Positions 62,001 to 64,000 of a stretch of DNA of 64,000 bases are shown piece after piece. The notes beneath the pieces were generated by a model, which saw only the letters and a list, made by a program, of their open reading frames with translations, was not told the origin of the DNA and ran no database searches. The stretch lies in contig OZ037847.1 of assembly GCA_964035575.1 (NCBI GenBank), positions 372,001-436,000 on the forward strand, written 5' to 3'. The first letter of the stretch is position 1, and each line of letters starts with the position of its first letter. A program made the translations under genes and the position numbers. Source of the DNA: Rhynchopus sp. YZ270_cl-10. Lineage: Eukaryota.

Positions 62001-63368
62001 TGCCGCACCTGCACCAATGATCGCCACGTCAACCTCCTCGTCCTGCGCAATCTCTGTCTTCATGTTCTTGTGCGTGTCAAACACGTAGTCCCAGTCCACC
62101 TTGAACTGCGCCGTCAGACGCTGCTCCAGGTTCGGGTCCGTTGCCTGCACCGGTGGTGTCGTGTCGTACTGGTTGAGTGCGTCGTACGGCTTCCCCTCGA
62201 GCATGTGTGCAATCCATTCTCCAAGTGTGGGGATGAACTTCCCTGCCCATCCCGACGTGTAGAGCACAATGTCCTTGTTGTTGGGCACCGTGCCAGGAAG
62301 GGTGTCGAGGAGCATTGCCTTGCTGGGGTCCAGCGGGAGGCCGATGATGCAGTAGGTGGTTGGGGTCCTGTCGTCCGCGTCAAGACCGGGCATGTGGTTG
62401 CGCACGAAGTCGACTGTGTACTTGATGGTCTCCGTCCCGTCGCTCTGGCGCTGCGAGGGGTCGGTGAGGATGCGGTCCTGCCAGCCGGGGCACACACGTG
62501 CGTAGCCGGGGGTGTCCCAGGAGGCTGACTCGGTGAAGCCGTAGAAGACCTTCTGGTCTGCTGCAGTCGGGCTGTCGGGCTCGTCAAAGACGTACCAGGT
62601 GTTGTCCGGCACCTTCGTCCTGTCCTTGATCTTGAAGTACGTCGACGACATCTCCCACGTCGTGATCGGTGCCTGCAGCCCCCACTCCGAGAGGATGCTG
62701 CGGTTCACGTACGCACCCCCCGCAATGACAAGCTTCTTTGTGGGGAACGACTGCGTCACGCCGCCGTTCTCTGCGATGACGGTGATCCCACCCTCGACAG
62801 TCGAGGTGAAGGTGTTCACAGTCTGGTTTGCCATCAGGGTCACATTCTCCATCTCCCCCAGCACCTTGATCAGAAGCGCCTGGGTACCGTGCAGGTCGAC
62901 CGACCCTCCGTCCTTCTGCAGGAACCCTGCATAGCTCTCAGGGAGGTTTGCCACGTACGGGTGCGCTGCAGTGATCTCAGCACCGTTCTGGTAAGGCGTG
63001 TACGCAAGCTTCGCCTCGTCCATGGCCTCCTCGGCAGCAGCGACGCCACCCTCCTCAGAGACAATCTGCGAGTTCCCGAACCAGAGCGAGCCCTCCTCAT
63101 AGAAGACGGGGGGGAGACCATGCGCCTTCGCAAGCGCGTTGAACTCATCCCACTGCTCACGGGCCAGCTGCGCCATGTTGATCATGTCCGGCTCGGTGTA
63201 CTGCAGGCGCATCTGCCTGCTCTGTCCCGCAGAGCTCCCCTCCTGGTTCTCAAACTCAAACTGCTCCAAAACCAGAACCTTCCTCTGTGTGCTCTCCTTC
63301 ATCACAGCGTAGGCCGCAGAAAGACCAACAGGCCCTCCTCCGACAATCACAACATCGTATTTCTCCAT
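59043..63368 (-). CDS. Chimeric di-flavoprotein, copy 4
   Basis: Translation identical from MEKYDVV onward. Sequence upstream of the ATG diverges from copies 1-3. Confidence 0.93.
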   Translation of the reverse strand: MEKYDVVIVGGGPVGLSAAYAVMKESTQRKVLVLEQFEFENQEGSSAGQSRQMRLQYTEPDMINMAQLAREQWDEFNALAKAHGLPPVFYEEGSLWFGNSQIVSEEGGVAAAEEAMDEAKLAYTPYQNGAEITAAHPYVANLPESYAGFLQKDGGSVDLHGTQALLIKVLGEMENVTLMANQTVNTFTSTVEGGITVIAENGGVTQSFPTKKLVIAGGAYVNRSILSEWGLQAPITTWEMSSTYFKIKDRTKVPDNTWYVFDEPDSPTAADQKVFYGFTESASWDTPGYARVCPGWQDRILTDPSQRQSDGTETIKYTVDFVRNHMPGLDADDRTPTTYCIIGLPLDPSKAMLLDTLPGTVPNNKDIVLYTSGWAGKFIPTLGEWIAHMLEGKPYDALNQYDTTPPVQATDPNLEQRLTAQFKVDWDYVFDTHKNMKTEIAQDEEVDVAIIGAGAAGLYAGMRMVVPDEHAGGTSELPYQTTGIYEMSDRVCGRLWSIKLPNMNVAAELGGMRYLNQQTLVNGYIEKFQSEGSLRSINFPMGSDDQSLFYLRGSRYTAEDFANKTADVRYFPESGNKITDTMETILKAQMDRILCAANFQYTLCNGDTVCNMAEITSLPTKEQTSVWDEIKRTVQYLVKADNGSDSIYAGQFLYSIGFWNLMLEMLDQETYNFVADSGGYYSNTLNWNAAEAFPYILGDFGADATYKTVAGGFENLLKVPASKYLSYGGSITTRNALVSFEKVWCAKAGKPIYELTFKTPPQFLRDGEHPKTSKVRAKSIILAMPRRALELLDQEMPFFSKYNPANAEWRSNIEAVIPSPALKLLMAFEKPWWLKPGDDSATTNIPHSVTTLPLRQTYYFGVDQTNQHGLLLASYNDMRTVPFWKTFESTEGIQLESDAGSYNSQTGYGSDKYNIVGNTGVQTSTSTTADIFKHDSGKADRLYKAMKGFGTDEDGLYNELSAMRSAADWRATQRDFAQKYPTFYDGSLLKAITEELTACEMTKAKDILAAKKIDFNNTTCPGAPADRLYTAMSGTVDDAAIFEVLEAVTSLKEWLAIQRDFTEKHGCDLVKVLKEKLTKSVLQKAKDILASKGTEQSFKGTPTKAIAKSARLQAAHDSLPSYPVPSQRMVEVGLAQLRQMHPPEVAEKIGTPYAAAFQDWGSDPFGGGYHAWKAGFLVPDKMPFIRQPHIWDSVFVAGEAYSGAQGWVEGAFTEMEKILEAKYGIPAPQIVNIENGDFSWGTDPRTAANASQMMYPLNTRLRIDPDVATKTFRAECTMDLVLNHRAWDFTLNTKHLSNVKLEVTQGDDTFTPVLNWDGDAMVILAPRDKPFDAGQATLKFTYNGSLAHHNEGICEKVSRTTPGLYAYSGSCSKSVFPCWQDEGKVGAKFLLELGVDASHCRGPTHGTQVGTHTVFEPTDIITCDKLWFEFDVQTPVAANEP

Positions 63369-64000
63369 CGTTTGTTTGTTTGTTTGTTTGTTTGTGAGGT
63401 TTTCTTTTAGCTGCAAGGTGTGGAGTGTGGTGGGCGTTGAGGGTGACAACAGCGAGAAGAAGGGGTGGTTAGAGAGAGATTCTAATTATTGAAGGGAGAA
63501 AACAAGAAAAGATTTTGAAAGACGTGCCTCATGTGAGAACATTACAAATAATAATAGGGGAAAAGCAGAGGAACTGAAAAAAGGACGACAATCGAGACCC
63601 AATATTCAAGAAAAATGGAGGTTTTTACAACATTTCCTTAAATAGTAGTTAGGATCAAACTTCACACGAAGCTGTCAAAGAAGTGAAGTTGAAAGTGCAG
63701 AAAAGAAAAAGAAAACATGATTTGGCTCCATAAACTTTCAAACCAAGCGAAGAGAAAATTCAAGAATGTTCGACAGCTACATCCATTCGCATACTGCTCG
63801 AGCGACTCGTTGCTCTTTGCTTGTTGGCTCAAAAGACTACAAAAGAACATTATACCTAGAGTCGTAAATTAAGTGTACACTTTCCCAAACCCCACAAACA
63901 TGATTTATTAGGCAAAACAGATAGCCAACCATTGTTCCTTTTTGTTTTTATTTACCACCTACTTTTGTAACCCGCCCTTACCCCCCGGGATTCTCACACC

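Larger units (their letters stand above)
38164..63530. repeat. Tandem gene array, period 6292 bp, four gene copies
   Basis: All ORFs recur at exact +6292 offsets (40167, 46459, 52751, 59043). Apparently identical from ~39743 to 63368, with diverged outer flanks at 38164-39742 and 63369-63530. Confidence 0.97.

Overview
Eukaryotic (protist-like) DNA. All 18 credible protein-coding genes lie on the minus strand and appear intronless, separated by A/T-homopolymer-rich spacers. This directional layout suggests a euglenozoan (diplonemid/kinetoplastid-like) polycistronic unit, which is an inference. 1-35 kb holds single-copy genes: small membrane protein, coiled-coil protein, ShKT-prolyl 4-hydroxylase, low-complexity protein, GAF protein, LRR, F-box, nitronate monooxygenase (PTS1 AKL), Ubl-DUF4116, GH27, exportin-like, Ubl-WD40, Baeyer-Villiger monooxygenase (PTS1 SKL) and GT8. 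38-63.5 kb is a tandem array (period 6292 bp) of four apparently identical copies of a 1441-aa chimeric flavoprotein: a sarcosine-oxidase-like domain, an L-amino-acid/amine-oxidase domain interrupted by two annexin repeats, and a non-catalytic M1 aminopeptidase N-terminal domain. This fusion is the most striking candidate for an undescribed system. The spacers carry several non-autonomous DNA transposons with readable TIRs and TSDs (two hAT-like, a nested 470-bp foldback, a TA-flanked element with a nested 6-bp-TSD element, and a Mutator-like MITE). They also carry three short dispersed motif families, all in one orientation, one forming a conserved hairpin. Start codons were moved to the first plausible ATG where the ORF track began at a non-ATG or spacer-like position. 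No database searches were run.
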